Positions 45,580 to 64,000 of a stretch of DNA of 64,000 nucleotides are shown here, piece by piece. The DNA comes from the human T2T-CHM13v2.0 reference genome, Homo sapiens. Location of the stretch: NCBI RefSeq assembly GCF_009914755.1, contig NC_060932.1; one strand, given 5' to 3'. The stretch's first letter is position 1. Every line of letters starts with the position of its first letter. The notes below the pieces were generated by a model that was given only the letters and a program-made list of their open reading frames with translations, made no database searches and was not told the origin of the DNA. Made by a program: the position numbers and the translations under genes.

Positions 45580-46152
45580 TAGTACTTTTCTATTACTACA
45601 TGAAAAATTACTCTCAAAATTTAATGGTTTTAAACAACATTTTCTCTCACTGTTTCTGAAGTTCAAGAATGTGGCAAAAGGTTTACTGTGTGCTCCTAGC
45701 TCAGGGTCTGTCATAAAGCTGCAGTCAATCTGTTAGCTTGAGGTGCCGTGGGGTTTTTTTTGTGTTGTTTGAGAGCTCAACTGGGCCCAGAGGGTCCATT
45801 TTCAAAAAGGCCCACTCACATTGCTATTGGCTGGAGTCTTCAGTTTCTCTTTGGCTGTTGGATGGAAGTCTTATTTCCTCATTACATGGACCTCTTCATG
45901 AGGCTATCTCATTGTTCTCAAGACTTGGTACTAGATCTTTCCAGAGAGAGTAGGGGGAGGTGGAGGAAGGGTGGAAGGAAAGAGAGAGAGAGATAACTGA
46001 AACAGAAGCTTTAGTCTTTTTTAATCTAATCTCAGAAATATATAACATCACTGTGTCATAGGCTGTTGGTCACATAAATCAACCTGAATTTAATATAGTA
46101 GAGAACTACACAAGGTTGTGAACACGAGGAGACAGGGATTATTGGGGGCCAT
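45580..46152 (-). mobile_element. MLT1F-type MaLR LTR; followed by a 5' piece of MLT1D (+, 46153-46340)
   Basis: GCTCAGGGTCTGTCA..GCTGCAGTCAA..CACAAGGTTGTGAACAC..ATTGGGGGCCAT. Confidence 0.65.
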
Positions 46153-46339
46153 TGTGGCAGGCAGAGTCGTGATCCTCCCACCAATATATCATGTCCTAAT
46201 CCTTGGAACCTGTGAATATTATGTTACATGCCAAAGTCTTTACAGATTTGCTTAAGTAAAGGGTCTTGAGATGGGGAAATTATTCTGGACATTCCAAGTG
46301 AATTACATTCCTAAATACAATCACAAGGGTCCTTGTAAT

Positions 46340-47568
<1,229 letters not shown>

Positions 47569-47789
47569 AAGCAAAGGATGAGAGTCATGACGTCCCTGCT
47601 TTTGATACGTAGGAGCTGAAATCAGAAGTAGTCCATTATGACACAGTATGAATTACTGTTTCGTTAGTAAAAATAATTTTTGTAGATGAATATTTATTTA
47701 TACTGGATTATGTTTATAATATCTTGTTAAGCAAAATGATCTATAAAACCATATGTATGTTTCTATTTTTGCAAAAAGATATTTCTATA

Positions 47790-48154
47790 CAGATGCTCCT
47801 CAACTTATAATGGGGTTATGTCCTGATAAACCTATCATAAATTGAAAATATCATAAGTCAGAAATGTATTTAATACACCTAATCTACCAAATATCATGGC
47901 TTAGCCTGTCCTACCTTAAATGTGCTCAGAATACTTACATTAGCCTACAGTTGGGCAAAATAATCTAACACAAAGCCTATTTTATAATAAAGTATTGAAT
48001 ATCTCATGAAATTTTTTGAATACTGTGCTCAAAGTGAAAACAGAATGGTTGTATGGGTACTCAAAGTACAGTGTCTAGTGAATGCATATCTCTTTCACAC
48101 CATTGTAAAGTTTAAAAATTATAAATGGAACGATTGTAAGTTGAGGACCACCTG
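47790..48154. mobile_element. MER47A-type Tigger MITE
   Basis: 365 bp; TIRs CAGATGCTCCTCAACTTA / TAAGTTGAGGACCACCTG; TA on both sides. Confidence 0.85.
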
Positions 48155-48199
48155 TATATAGAAAAATATATGTAAGGATAGTTGTTAAAAGTGGTTATT

Positions 48200-48502
<303 letters not shown>

Positions 48503-48758
48503 AAAGCCCCCTAAAGTACAACAAAAACGAACAGCAAAAACAAAGGTTATCTTTGTTGGTGATATTTTGGATATTTTAATTTTTCTCTTTCTGCATATCT
48601 ATATTGTCTCTAGTGAACTAATCTACTCAATACTGTGAAAAATATTTAAAAATTATTTTGTACCTCCTATAACACAATCAAAATCCCAAAGAATGTGGCT
48701 GCAGCACTGTATCTTGAAAAATTCTTTAAGAAATTTTAAACAAGCATTTACCCTTTCA

Positions 48759-49086
<328 letters not shown>

Positions 49087-49379
49087 TCATAAAATCCTTA
49101 TCTTTGAGCATGCCTTCCAAGATTAACAGGCTGGGAAACGTATACTCTGGTAAATGGACAGGGTAATTACAGAACAGGGCAATCTCTTAAACATCATTTC
49201 ATTCATATACAGATATATTATACTGGAATATGTCTAGGTTTCTTGAAATTACCAGTCATGTCATCAAATTTTTTTTACTACTTATTCCAATCACAGGAAC
49301 ATATTTAGAATCTGAAACTGAAAGTGTTTTTTTTAAATCATATAACATTACTTCCTTTTACTTCAAGTGCTTCCATTTA

Positions 49380-49746
49380 TAAGATTATTGATCTGTTTGT
49401 GTCCTCCCCCAAATTCATAGGCTGAAACCTAACCATCACTGTGATGATATTAGAAGGTGGGGCCTTTGGGAGGTAATTAGGCCATGAGGGCAGAGTCCTA
49501 ATGAATGAGATTACTGCCTTTATAAAAGAGGCCCCAGAAAGCTGCCTTGCTCCTTCTACCATGTAAAGATACAGCGAAAATATGCCGCCTATGAACGAGA
49601 AAATTGGCCCTCACTAGACACTGAATCTGCTGGCACGTTGGTCTTGGACTTTCTGTCTTCCAGAACTGTGAGAAATAAACTTTTGCTATTTATAAGTTGC
49701 CCAGTTTACAGTATTTTTTTATAGGGGCCTGAATGGACTAAGACAG
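49380..49746 (+). mobile_element. MLT1A/MSTD-type MaLR LTR
   Basis: TGTCCTCCCCCAAATTCATAGGCTGAAACC..GGACTAAGACA. Confidence 0.78.
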
Positions 49747-49989
49747 TCATCCTATGTGTAAGGATATTGGTTAGTGTCACAAATGAAATACTATATTTTG
49801 TATGGATTTCAAGTTATTTGAGCTATTTCTCTGTAAGTATACTGAATGCGAACTTTTCAAACAGGCAGAAATGCTAATGGGCATACAGAAAACAAAAATC
49901 AGGAAGCAAATCAATCATATTATATTACCCAGCATTTATCAGACACCTACCAAGTACAAGGCACTATTAGGAACATTGCAGGCACTATC

Positions 49990-50288
<299 letters not shown>

Positions 50289-51593
50289 AGCACTATCTTT
50301 TTTAATTCACCCATAAGCTAATGAAGTAGGAAACTAAGGCTCAGAGAGTTTACACATGTGGTTTAACGTTGTTTAATGTCACCAAATACCTAGTAAGTGA
50401 CAGAGTCAGGTTTGAACCAGGAGTATCCATTTCCCAAATCTAAGGTTTTTCTATAATACCCAAAAGAATAAAAGGTTATCTTTCTGCTAACACTGTAGCC
50501 CTGGCTGATTTATAGGTATAGCGCTTACGCTAATGTTGAACATTTAGTTAAGAACTTGAATGCTGGAGTCCGATATGGGTTTGTGGTACTTACTACATGT
50601 GTAATCTTGGGCAAGTCACTTAGGTGTACTCCAGGTTCCTCCTCTGGAGATAGGGTAGCAGTATTATTGACCTCATAAAGTTGTTCTGAAGAGCAAATGT
50701 AATTACTATACATAAAGTCTTTGCACTACTAAATACTTTTTAGCTTTTATTATGTTGATGAGAAAATTGTCCTGTTGAATCTGTAAAATAAGGTCACACC
50801 CCTGTGGTTATGCTGTCATGTCTCTTGAAGGGAAAAGAAAGAGTAATTGACAACTATCCTAGGAATTAGAATATCCTGGACAGAAAGTGAGGCCTTGGAG
50901 GTAGACTGTAGACGGGAAAGTCACATTTTTCTCTTTGGGCATCTCTTTCAGACATGGACTCTGGGCATCTGGCTGTCATTAAGAGCATTCCTGAGAAACA
51001 GGGGCTCCTGCCTCATGGAGGCAAAGAGCAGATGCAGCAGCATGGGTGCAGTCATGCTGGGGGCCCCAGGACTGGGGTATTGTGCTGGTGGGTGCAGAGA
51101 GCAGCCACATCCTGTGGGTCGTTGCACGTTGCACTCTAACTTGTCACTGCCTTTCTTCTGTTAGTCTCAGGACCTTAATCAGAACTGATCTACTATTTCA
51201 GTCTAGTCTCAGCTCTGCTATGGGAGATTAAGGAACGTGTCTGCGTTCATACTGAGGCTGGAGTGAGAAAAGGCGAGAGCAAATACAGTGGTAACAGGGT
51301 AAAGTTAGCAAAAAGTCTGAAGGAACAGGAGGGTCAGAAATTATGGTGATTGTGTCCAGTTGCCCCTCTCCATGTTCGTAGATTTTCCCTTTATTGCTCA
51401 CCTTGGAGGAAACCTGTAGGTTTCCTCACACACATCACACTGTGAAAATGTGATACTGTATGGATTTTTTACTAACACCTGTAGAAGCTAGTTTTAAGCA
51501 CAATTGAACATGACAAGATGGGCAACAGAACATTCTATTTTCACTCCCAAATACCACTAAAAATATAAATTTTAACATTAAAAATATATTTTA

Positions 51594-52035
<442 letters not shown>

Positions 52036-52989
52036 ATTAATAAAATTGTTGAGGTTAAAAATATTGGTTTAATAGTTTCAATTCTTATATGTACAAAATT
52101 CTTTTCTGCATATATTTGAACTTTATTGAAACTGATAGCCAAATATTTAAGGCTGGTTTTCAACTCCAAGTTTGTTTATGATACTGAAAGATAATACTAA
52201 AGTGAATCTATGAGCTCTATTTCATTCTGTCCATTCACTCATTCATTTCTTCAACAAATACATATGGCCCTCCAGTTATAAACCAGGGATTGTTGTAAGA
52301 GTAGGGGACATAAAGCTGAACCCTATCAGCCTATCCCATGGAAGACATAAATATAATGAGGAAGATGAATACAGAAATTAAATTAAATCACAGTGTGTAA
52401 GTGTTAAAACGGGGCAAGACAATGCTTTAGGACATTAAGAGTTTTCATTCTCTAGAATAAATATGAGACTCCAAACATTTAGATTCCAACTAGGAACCAG
52501 GTAGATATTGGACATACTCCAAAAGACAAAGGTCCAATATTACAACCCCTAGGGAAGATCCTAATATTATCCCCATTTGACTTATGATGTCAAATTTGAT
52601 TTATGATGTACTAATTTGTACATGATCACACAACTAGTGAGCAGCAAAACCTGGATTTTAATTCACTTATGTTTGACTCCAGAGCCCAGACACTTGACCA
52701 CTGTGTTAGACTAAATGACTGATGTTACTAACCTAGTTGTGTATAGTTTGGCTGTGTTATTTGGAAAAAAAGTCATTCATTTTGTGCCTCATTTGTAAAA
52801 TGGATCCCTTATTATAGGACTGTACTGAGAAGTAGCTACTGTAGATCTCTTCAAAATTGTAATCTCAGATGGCATTAATGATAAAATTAAATGTAAAATA
52901 GGACAAGTACATTTGGAATATCAGGCATCGTAGGCTGTTTAAGATGGTCTCACTGACCACACTTCTTGGTAACTAGGCCATTCTATAAT

Positions 52990-55900
52990 TCCCTCCTCTA
53001 GAGTACGGGATAGTGCTAATAACTCATTTCTAATAAATGGAATATAGTAGAGTGACTCTTGATATAAATAAACAATTGAATAAATAAACAAATCAGGGAT
53101 AAGAGGAAGGTCTTCCTCCAAAGAGAATTCCAACAAAAAACTTAAAAAGAAAAGTGGGAAATGGAAAATCACTGTTAGGCAAATACTGTAGTAATAAATG
53201 TTGCAGACAATATCCACTTACAGAGGCTAAATTTGGTGGGCAAAATTTAAGAAAAAGTAGGCTTTGCCTGTTCTCAAGTTATCTCTTCCAAGACATGTGT
53301 CTACTTTAGAGAGAGAGAGTAGCTCTACAGTAGAGAAACCCAGAAAACACAAACTTAATTAAGTGATCAAGGTAAACATAACCAGTAATGAGACATACTG
53401 GCATCATGACACACTTGATATGATACACTAAGAAGGACACAACATAATTTTTAGTAGTGTTTTGGCCCAAAATGCCCAACCTCATTCCAATAATAAAAAA
53501 AATAAGAGAAACCCAAATTGAAGGACATTCTACAAAGCAATTGACCAGCACTCTTCAAAAGTGTCAGGATCATAAAAGACATGGGAAGTCAGAGGAACTG
53601 TTACAGGATAGAGGAGACCAAGGATGAATAAAAAGCAAGTGCAGAGCTGGAACTTGGACAGGATCCTGGCGCAGAAAAATGACAATAGTGGAAAAATTGG
53701 TGACATTCTCTCTGAAGTCTATAGTTTAGTAAATAACACTGTGCCAAGGTTATATTCCTGTTCTTGACAATTATGCTATGATTACCTATGATGTTAGCAT
53801 TAGAAGTAGGATTAAGGATATAAGGAACTGTGCAATTTTTATAACTTTTCTGTAAGTCTAAAGTTAGTTCAAAATATAGAATTAAAATGTTATGCTGGAT
53901 AATAAATAAAATCCAACTATGTAGTCTTTACAAGAAATATATCTAAAACTTAAACATACAGAAAGTTTGAATGTAAAAGGATGAAAAACTGCATGCAACT
54001 CAAATAGTAATAAAAGAAAGCTAGGATGGTCTGTCGATAGATTTTTAAGGTTAGAAACATTACTAGGGGTACATGGAATTACTTCATGATGCTAAATATT
54101 CACTTCACCAGAAAGGCATACATTTGTATGCTTTCAAAATTTATAAGGGAAGAATAACAAACTACAGGGAGGAATAGATAATTTAAGAATCATAACAGGA
54201 GATTTTAACTTACCTTTCTCTGTAGCTTCTAGATTAATTAAAAAACAAAAACAAAACAAAAAACTGTGGAGATCTAGAACTACTTGAACTACACAGTTAA
54301 CAAACACAGGACACTGCACCTAACATCTGCAGAACACTGAAATCTTTTAAGCATAAGAAATGTTTACAAATAGTGATAATAGAATGACTATCAGGCAAAC
54401 CCCAAAAATACCAAAGGATTGAAATAATACAAAGTGTATTCTTCTACTACAATGCAGTAATGCTAGAAATAAACAATGAAAGACAAAAAAAACCCTCAGA
54501 GGTTTATACATTTAAAATATTATTTTAAAGAATTCATGAATAAAAGAAGAATTCAGAATATAAACTAGAAAATATTTTAAATGGAATTATAAAAACACTA
54601 TACATCAAAACTTACATAGCAAAATCAGTACTTACAGTACTTTTCCCTAGAGGAACAAAAGAACGAAGCTAAACATTCATTTAAGAAGTTGGTGAAAGAA
54701 TAACACAATGTATACAAAGAACATAGAAATAAGGAAATAATACAGATAAAAGCAGACATTAATCATTTAGAAAACAAATAGAATAGGAAGCGCATCAACA
54801 GAGCTGGTAATTAGATCTTTTAAAAGATTAATAAAATTGACAAACTCCTGACACTACTGATAAGAAAGAAAAAAGAGAATAGACAAATAGCTGTTATTGA
54901 GAATACAGAAAAAGTTGATCTCTCAGCCAATTCTAAAAACATTAAGGATAATTAGAAGCTATTATGAATAATAGTAAACCCATATATTTGAAAATTTTAG
55001 AGGAAATGGCCATGTTCTGAGAAAAATACAACTTAACAATATTTCAGAAGGATGAGGTGGCTCATGTAATCCCAGAACTTTGGGAAGCTGAGGTGGAAGG
55101 ATTGCTTGAGGCCAGGGGTTTGAGGCCAGCCTGGGCAACATAGCAAGACCCTGTATCTACAAAATATTAATGATTTCAAAAATTAGCTGGGCATGTTGAC
55201 ACACACCTGTAGTCCTAGCTGCTTTGGGGGCTGAGGTAGGAGGATTGCTTGAGCCCAGGAGGTCAAGGCTGCAGTGAGCCGTGATCACACCACTGCACTC
55301 CAGCCTGGATGACAGAGCCAGACCCCATCCCTAAAAATAAATACATACATACATAAAATAAAAAAGAAATAAGTGAAATATTGAATTAAATATGTTTTCA
55401 CAAGGAAAAGTACAGATCTTGACAGTGAATTCTGGTAAACATTTATGTTAGAAATAATTCTAAAGCAAACTCTTCCTGAGTATAGAGAAAGAAGATGTGC
55501 TCTCCAACCCAGGAGACTGCCATAACTTTGACGCCAAAACCCCATAACAACAGTATAAGGAAAGAAAGAAAATACATGCCAATTAGATACGTCTATAAAA
55601 ATTTTGTAAAAAGTTTAGAAAAATAAATCCATATGTATCCATGTAAAAAATGATGATATATCATAGCCAGTTTGAATTTTTTCTGGGAATGAATAATTGG
55701 TTTAACATTAGACTATCAATTTTTAAAATGTATTATTTTAACCACATGGACAGAATAAGGGAAAAAAATATAAACAATGCATTACATGCCAAAAGTGTTT
55801 GATAAAATTCAACATTTAGTCATAATTAAAGAAAAACTCCTAAGAAACTAGAAATATAAGGGAACTTCTTTAATCTCATAAATGGTATCTCATAAAGCAA

Positions 55901-56650
55901 ACTACAGCAGTCATTATACCTAATGATTAAATGTTATAAAATCTCATTAGGTTCAAGAAGGAGAGAAAGATGTCCATCATCACTGCTGTTATTCATAGCA
56001 CATACACAGCACATTGTATTGGAGAGTCAAGCTAGTTTACCAAAGCAAGAAATAGAAGGGGATAAAAAAGTAGTAATTAATCTATCACCATTTGCCAATC
56101 ATATGATAGTGTATGTAGAAAAAAATACAAATTTCTAGAATTAGAGATTAGTAGAAAAATTCTTACCAGTAAAATTGAAGATATGCATCCCCAAGATGTA
56201 TCTACCCTTCAGAATTGTAAGGTAAGAAGCACCAAAATACATGTATGAACATGTTCACAACAGCATTATCAATAATATCTTAAGAGTGGAAGCACCCAGG
56301 TATACACCTACAACAGAACAAATTAATAACTCTTGCAATGGCTTATTACATAGCAAAAAAAATGAGCTCACAAAAGCTACATTCTTCAATGTAGATGAGT
56401 CTTAAATACCTATGGCTTAGTGGAAGGAGCAAGGTATACACACACACACACACACACACACCACATATTCTGTGATTCTAATTAGACAAAACTAGAACAT
56501 TTTATTTAGGGGATACTTAATCTGAGGCTAAGTTATAAACGAAAGCGAAGGGGCAACCAGGTGTCTTGAGAATGTTCTAGTTTCTAACTTAGGTAGTGGT
56601 AATACGACTGTTTATTTCATAATAACTAATTAATTTTAAATTTATGCAAA
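52990..56650 (+). mobile_element. Old L1M fragments (L1MC-type 3' end to ~53890, then ORF2 remnants) with AluJ 55048-55370 and (CA)n 56438-56464
   Basis: AAGTGATCAAGGTAAACATAACCAGTAATG; AGATTAATAAAATTGACAAAC; TTTGATAAAATTCAACA. Confidence 0.7.
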
Positions 56651-57041
56651 AAGAAAGAATATGATATCTATTCAGACTTTTTTTGACAAATCATAATTTC
56701 CTAGCTCCACAGAATATTTAATGAAGGGTGTAGTGTGCCTAAGTAATTTTTACAATCATGAACGTTAAAATTTTGTTGAACTTTGATGCAGTCATTTTTT
56801 ATTGTAAATGTTGTAGACAGACTTTTAATAAAATTTGTTGACAGTCCCAATCTGTTTTATCAAATTTTGCAGAAAATGTGGACCAATTTCTTTTATTATA
56901 AACATATGGAATATGAAACTAAAAGTCAGGCTTTTTTTAAATTTACTTCATTCTCAGTAAATGCCTTCAGGCATGAAAGAGGACCTAATGCCTACAAGTT
57001 AGACAGTAATAAAAACATTCAGAAATGTTACTTCTTCAACT

Positions 57042-57060
57042 GGACCACTAGATGGCACTA
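57042..57060 (+). promoter_or_regulatory. CTCF core motif
   Basis: GGACCACTAGATGGCACTA fits the CCACYAGRKGGCRC consensus, in non-repetitive DNA; binding not demonstrable from sequence. Confidence 0.6.
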
Positions 57061-58324
57061 AACTAACATAGAATACGGGCTAATCCTCCATGGAAGTCTG
57101 GTGCATTAATGTGTTTTCATGATTTTAGACCTTGTGAATTCTAAAGGTCTTTTTTGGCTTAGCACTTTGGAGATATGCAGCAGGGGAAAAGGGATTAAAA
57201 ATTCTTAAAAAATTAAAGTTTTTTTTTAAATTATGAAAAGATACATTAAAACTCTTTAGGGCAGACAAACTGAGCTTTTCATGTCTTCTTGCCTCTTGCT
57301 TCTTCTACATCTCCAATTATGAACCCTAGGGAAAGAAATCATTTTGGCCTAAGATAATAGAGGCTTGACAGATATATGTGAATCACAAGATTTGAAATTG
57401 AATTCTTTTGTGAGGACAAAGAGATGGAGAAGTTTCGGCCGTGGTTGGTGCCCTTCATAGCAGATCTAGGAAGCGGCAGAGGCTTTGCACACTGGCAGCA
57501 AGAATTCAATTAAGCTGGCGTGGGTTCTGCAGTTTAAGGAAGGATGCTGGTTGCCTTTTTGAAGGAGCATCTTCGCTCAGATCTTAAAGGGAAATAAGGT
57601 TTCTTTGCTATGACTCTTTAGCTGTAAGCAATGGGAACTAATTCTTGGCAGGTGAAGGGAATTGGTAGAAGAAATATGAGAAGCTACTGTTTTTTTAAGG
57701 ATGCATTTACTGAAAATGGGGTACATTCAATAAAGTCTTCACTTCTAATTTGAAATTACATATAGCTACAAAGAAGGAATTGGCCTACATGTTCTCTGAG
57801 TGAAATAATCTTTCTTTGAGTGTGTCAGAATTTATTTGGAATTGCAAAACTGTAGACAAACTTGTTACTGCTGCATGAAATACCAGTAATGATCATCAAA
57901 GAAATCTGCATGAATTTCTCTTCTTAGATTAATCTTAACAGGCCCTTTTCCTGGTTTGCAATCACCAAAATTCTTTTTTAAAAATTCTGCAAGGGCTTTC
58001 TTCTATGTGAGGACTTTCAGGGTCCTTTTGCCTGTAAGTACCCTCTGCACATAGCAGGCTCTGTTTCCTTAGGGAGAGAGGAGGATTTTTGAGGGCAGGG
58101 GCTATGTCTTATTTTCATCTGTATTGTTTTCAGAAGAAAACTCAATGGCTTAGGGAGGTGAATATACAATAAACATAAATATGATGACTAATTCGTCATT
58201 CTGTTCAATTTGAGACCTGATTTTATATTTTCTTCCTTTTGTGAAGATTTGATTTTCTTATATGTCCATAAATAAATTTTCTTTAAGATAGAAAATTTGA
58301 TAGAAAATGAAATAAACTGTGCAC

Positions 58325-59032
58325 ATGGTTTTAAATCTATATGCTTTATTTTGTCAAATAAAGCACTACTCTGTGCTTTCCTTACCACTTCCTTCCTCTT
58401 TTGCTGTGAAGGACCAGTAGTTTTGTCCAAAATACTTCAGATTGCATTTATTTCTCTCAAAAACAAAAAAAGTTTAAGTGAGAATTCCTTCAGCATTATT
58501 TGCCAGTCTTAAGCAATTTTAGTTGTCTATTAATTTTTAAATATTACCCATAAGAAGCAAAACTTAGTTGTATTCCAGTAATAGAAATTTAAAAGTAGAC
58601 AGATCTGTTGGACTTTTTAAAAATATAAAAAAAAAACAAAAGAAAGCAAAACCCAACGAGGCTAAAGAAAAACCCCACATAAAATCGAATCTTTTTTTTT
58701 AATGTAGGACTCATCTTTATATTTCTTGAATCATCAGCCATTTGTCAAAATGCCAAAAGAAATATCCTGCACAGAAGGAATATTCATTTTAACCTTAATT
58801 CAGCCAGGAAGAGTTCCATAAGCCAAATTTGTATTTCATGCAGCCCAGACAAATTTTATGAAATATCAGAACAATAGGAGAGCATCACAATGTGGATTTC
58901 TTGAAATTTAACAAAATACAATTTAAAAGCTATGAATCAAAATCTTCCCTGTTTAATGGTAGTCTCTCCCGATATAGAAAACTGTCTTCACAGACAAAAT
59001 CAAATAGTGCCCTCGTATGCTTTTATGAATAT
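58325..59032 (-). other. Candidate terminal exon of an unidentified minus-strand gene
   Basis: Acceptor TTGTTTTCAATTTTAG|ATA at 59033; short open frame (IFIKAYEGTI*); repeat-free U-rich tract; AATAAA 58350-58345 followed by CA and a U-rich downstream element. Confidence 0.35.
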
Positions 59033-59681
59033 CTAAAATTGAAAACAACTTTACTAGATAAATAAAGAGAAGAATTGCTAAGAACGAATGCTTCATATGG
59101 GTCTTTCTGACCAGGTTTAAAGAGCAAAATATTTTCATATTTTGAGTCAAAATGTTCCTTCTTTCTCTCTACATTAAAAAAAAGCTTCAATGCACAGGGG
59201 AGAAAAGTTGCTCATTGGCTGAGTCAATTTCCGGAATTTCTGGGTCAAAATGGAAATGTGGAATATGTTCTAAACACAGATTTAGTGTAGAGGACAGTGC
59301 CCTGATCCGGATGTGTGTCTTCAGTTCCCAGCACAGTGCTGGAGCACATAATCTCTGCTCTATTTACTGTACTTGCCAACTAAATTGTCTCTTTACTTTC
59401 AGTCATGTTTTCTTTTATTCATTCTCTACAGGTAACTTTGATTTTTTTTCCCAAAGTGAACTTAGATCATGATAAAGCTACTATTTATTAATCCCTAGTA
59501 TGTACCATACACATTACATACATCATATTATTAAGTTCTTACCATGACACTAATAAGGAAGTATTGTTGTTCCAATGTTTACAGATGAGTAAACCAAGGC
59601 ACAGAGCAGTTAAGTGGCTTTGCCAATGTCAGTTTAGCTATTGCAGTGTACCCTCAAGTGATAGCACACCACTTGATGTGT

Positions 59682-59793
59682 TAAGGTGACTAATGACCTC
59701 AGTTTTCCTGGGTTTGTCTTAATTTAATACTGAAAGTCTGATTGCATAGGAAACTCCTTAGTCCAAGGAAAACAGGGGCAGTTAGTCATCCTA
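59682..59793. mobile_element. MER81-like hAT MITE
   Basis: TIRs TAAGGTGACTAA / TTAGTCATCCTA, ~112 bp. Confidence 0.6.
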
Positions 59794-59820
59794 CATCTAG
59801 TTAAACAGCTTCATGACACT

Positions 59821-60184
59821 TGATATGATTTGGCTGTTTCCCCATTGAAATCTTATCTTGAATTATAGCTCCCATAATTCCCATGTGTTGTGGGAAGGAC
59901 CCGGTGGGAGATAATTGAATCATGGGGGTGGGGTTTCCCCCATACTGTTCTCATGGTAGTGAATAAGTCTCATGAGATCTGATGGTTTTATAAGGGGAAA
60001 CCCCTTTTGCTGGGTTCTTATTCTGTCTCTTGCCTGCTGCCACGTAAGACATGCCTTTCCCCTTCTACCATGATTGTGAGGCCTCCTCAGCCACATGAAA
60101 CTGAGTCCATTAAACCTCTTTTTCTTTATAAATTACCCAGTCTTGGGCATGTCTTTATCAGCAGCATGAAAATGGACGAATACC
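59821..60184 (+). mobile_element. THE1C-type MaLR solo LTR
   Basis: TGATATGATTTGGCTG..GGGAGATAATTGAATCATGGGG..CAGCAGCATGAAAATGGAC. Confidence 0.88.
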
Positions 60185-60199
60185 ATGGTATACTTTCAT

Positions 60200-61410
<1,211 letters not shown>

Positions 61411-61594
61411 AAATATATAGCATTCTGAAGGGGTCAGGGAATTCCCTTTCCTAGCCAAGTGAAACTGTGACAGACGGCACCTGGAAAATCGAGTCACTCC
61501 CACCCTAATACTGTGCTTTTCCAATGGTCTTAGCAAACAGCACACCAGGAGATTATATCTCACATGGCTTGGAGGGTCCCACGCCCATGGAGCC

Positions 61595-61669
61595 TCACTC
61601 ATTGCTAGCACAGCAGTCTGAGATCGAACTGCAAGGTGGCAGCAAGGCTGGGGGAGGGGCGCCTGCCAT
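61595..61669 (-). pseudogene. ORF0: L1 ORF0, truncated after 24 codons
   Basis: MAGAPPPALLPPCSSISDCCASNE* matches the ORF0 N-terminus; the remainder (EKHSIRVGVTRFSRC) lies in another frame. Confidence 0.8.
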
Positions 61670-62645
61670 TGCTGAGGCTTGAGTAGGTAAACAAAGCGGC
61701 GGGAAGCTCGAACTGGGTGGAGCCCACCACAGCTCAAGGAGGCCTGCCTGCCTCTGTAGACTCCACCTCTGGGGGCAGGGCATAGCCAAACAAAAGGCAG
61801 CAGAAACCTCTGCAGACTTAAATGTCCTTGTCTGACAGCTTTGAAGAGAGTAGTGGTTCTCCCAGCAAGGAGTTTGAGATTTGAGAACGGACAGACTGCC
61901 TCCTCAAGTGGGTCCTTGACCCTCGAGTAGCCTAACTGGGAGGCACCCCCCAGTAGGGGCAGACTGACACCTCACACGGCCGGGTACTCCTCTGAGATGA
62001 AACTTCCAGAAGAATGATCAGCCAGCAACATTTGCTATTCAGCAATATTCACTGTTCTGCAGCCTCTGCTGCTGATACCCAGGCAAACAGGGTCTGGAGT
62101 GGACCTCCAGCAAACTCCAACAGACCTGCAGCTGAGGGTCCTGACTGTTAGAAGGAAAACTAACAAACAGAAAGGACATCCACACCAAAACCCCATCTGT
62201 ATGTCACCATCATCAAAGACCAAAGGTAGATAAAACCACAAAGATAGGGAAAAAACAGAGCAGAAGAGCTGAAAATTCTAAAAATCAGAGCGCCTCTCTC
62301 TCTCCAAAGGAATGCAGCTCCTTGCCAGCAATGGAACAAAGCTGGACGGAGAATGACTGACGAGTTGAGAGAAGAAGGCTTCAGATGATCAAACGTCTCC
62401 GAGCTAAAGGAGGAAGTTCGAACCCATCGCAAACAAGCTAAAAACCTTGAGAAAAGATTAGAAGAATGGCTAACTAGAATAATCAGTGTAGAGAAGTCCT
62501 TAAATGACCTGATGGAGCTGAAAACCATGGCACAAGAACTATGTGATGAAGGCATAAGCTTCAGTAGCTGATTTGATCAACTAGAAGAAAGGGTATCAGT
62601 GATTGAAGATCAAGTGAATGAAATGAAGCAAGTAGAGAAGTTTAG

Positions 62646-64000
<1,355 letters not shown>

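Overview
Hominid (most likely human) genomic DNA, judged from Alu, L1PA, SVA, HERV-K LTR5 and HERV-E/Harlequin content. Roughly two-thirds or more is transposon-derived by eye. No intact protein-coding gene can be supported, and essentially all ORF-track entries are repeat-derived or chance ORFs. Main elements: a full-length SVA (minus strand) carrying a ~105-bp 3' transduction inside a perfect 14-bp TSD; a solo LTR5B nested in an AluJ; a complete two-LTR Harlequin (LTR2/HERV-E mosaic) provirus whose Trp codons are repeatedly converted to stops in an APOBEC3G-like GG>AG context; and an L1PA whose ORF1 is fused in frame to ORF2 by a ~1.3-kb deletion. Three locally templated insertions are present: 100 bp inverted inside an Alu, 160 bp direct inside an LTR, and an 11-bp fold-back in the L1. 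The unique region at 56.7-59.5 kb has a strong CTCF motif and a candidate minus-strand terminal exon that I could not assign to a gene. I found no evidence for a wholly new biological system; the best leads are these rearrangement and transduction footprints. Repeat subfamily names come from recalled consensus sequences, not database searches, and boundaries without TSDs are approximate.
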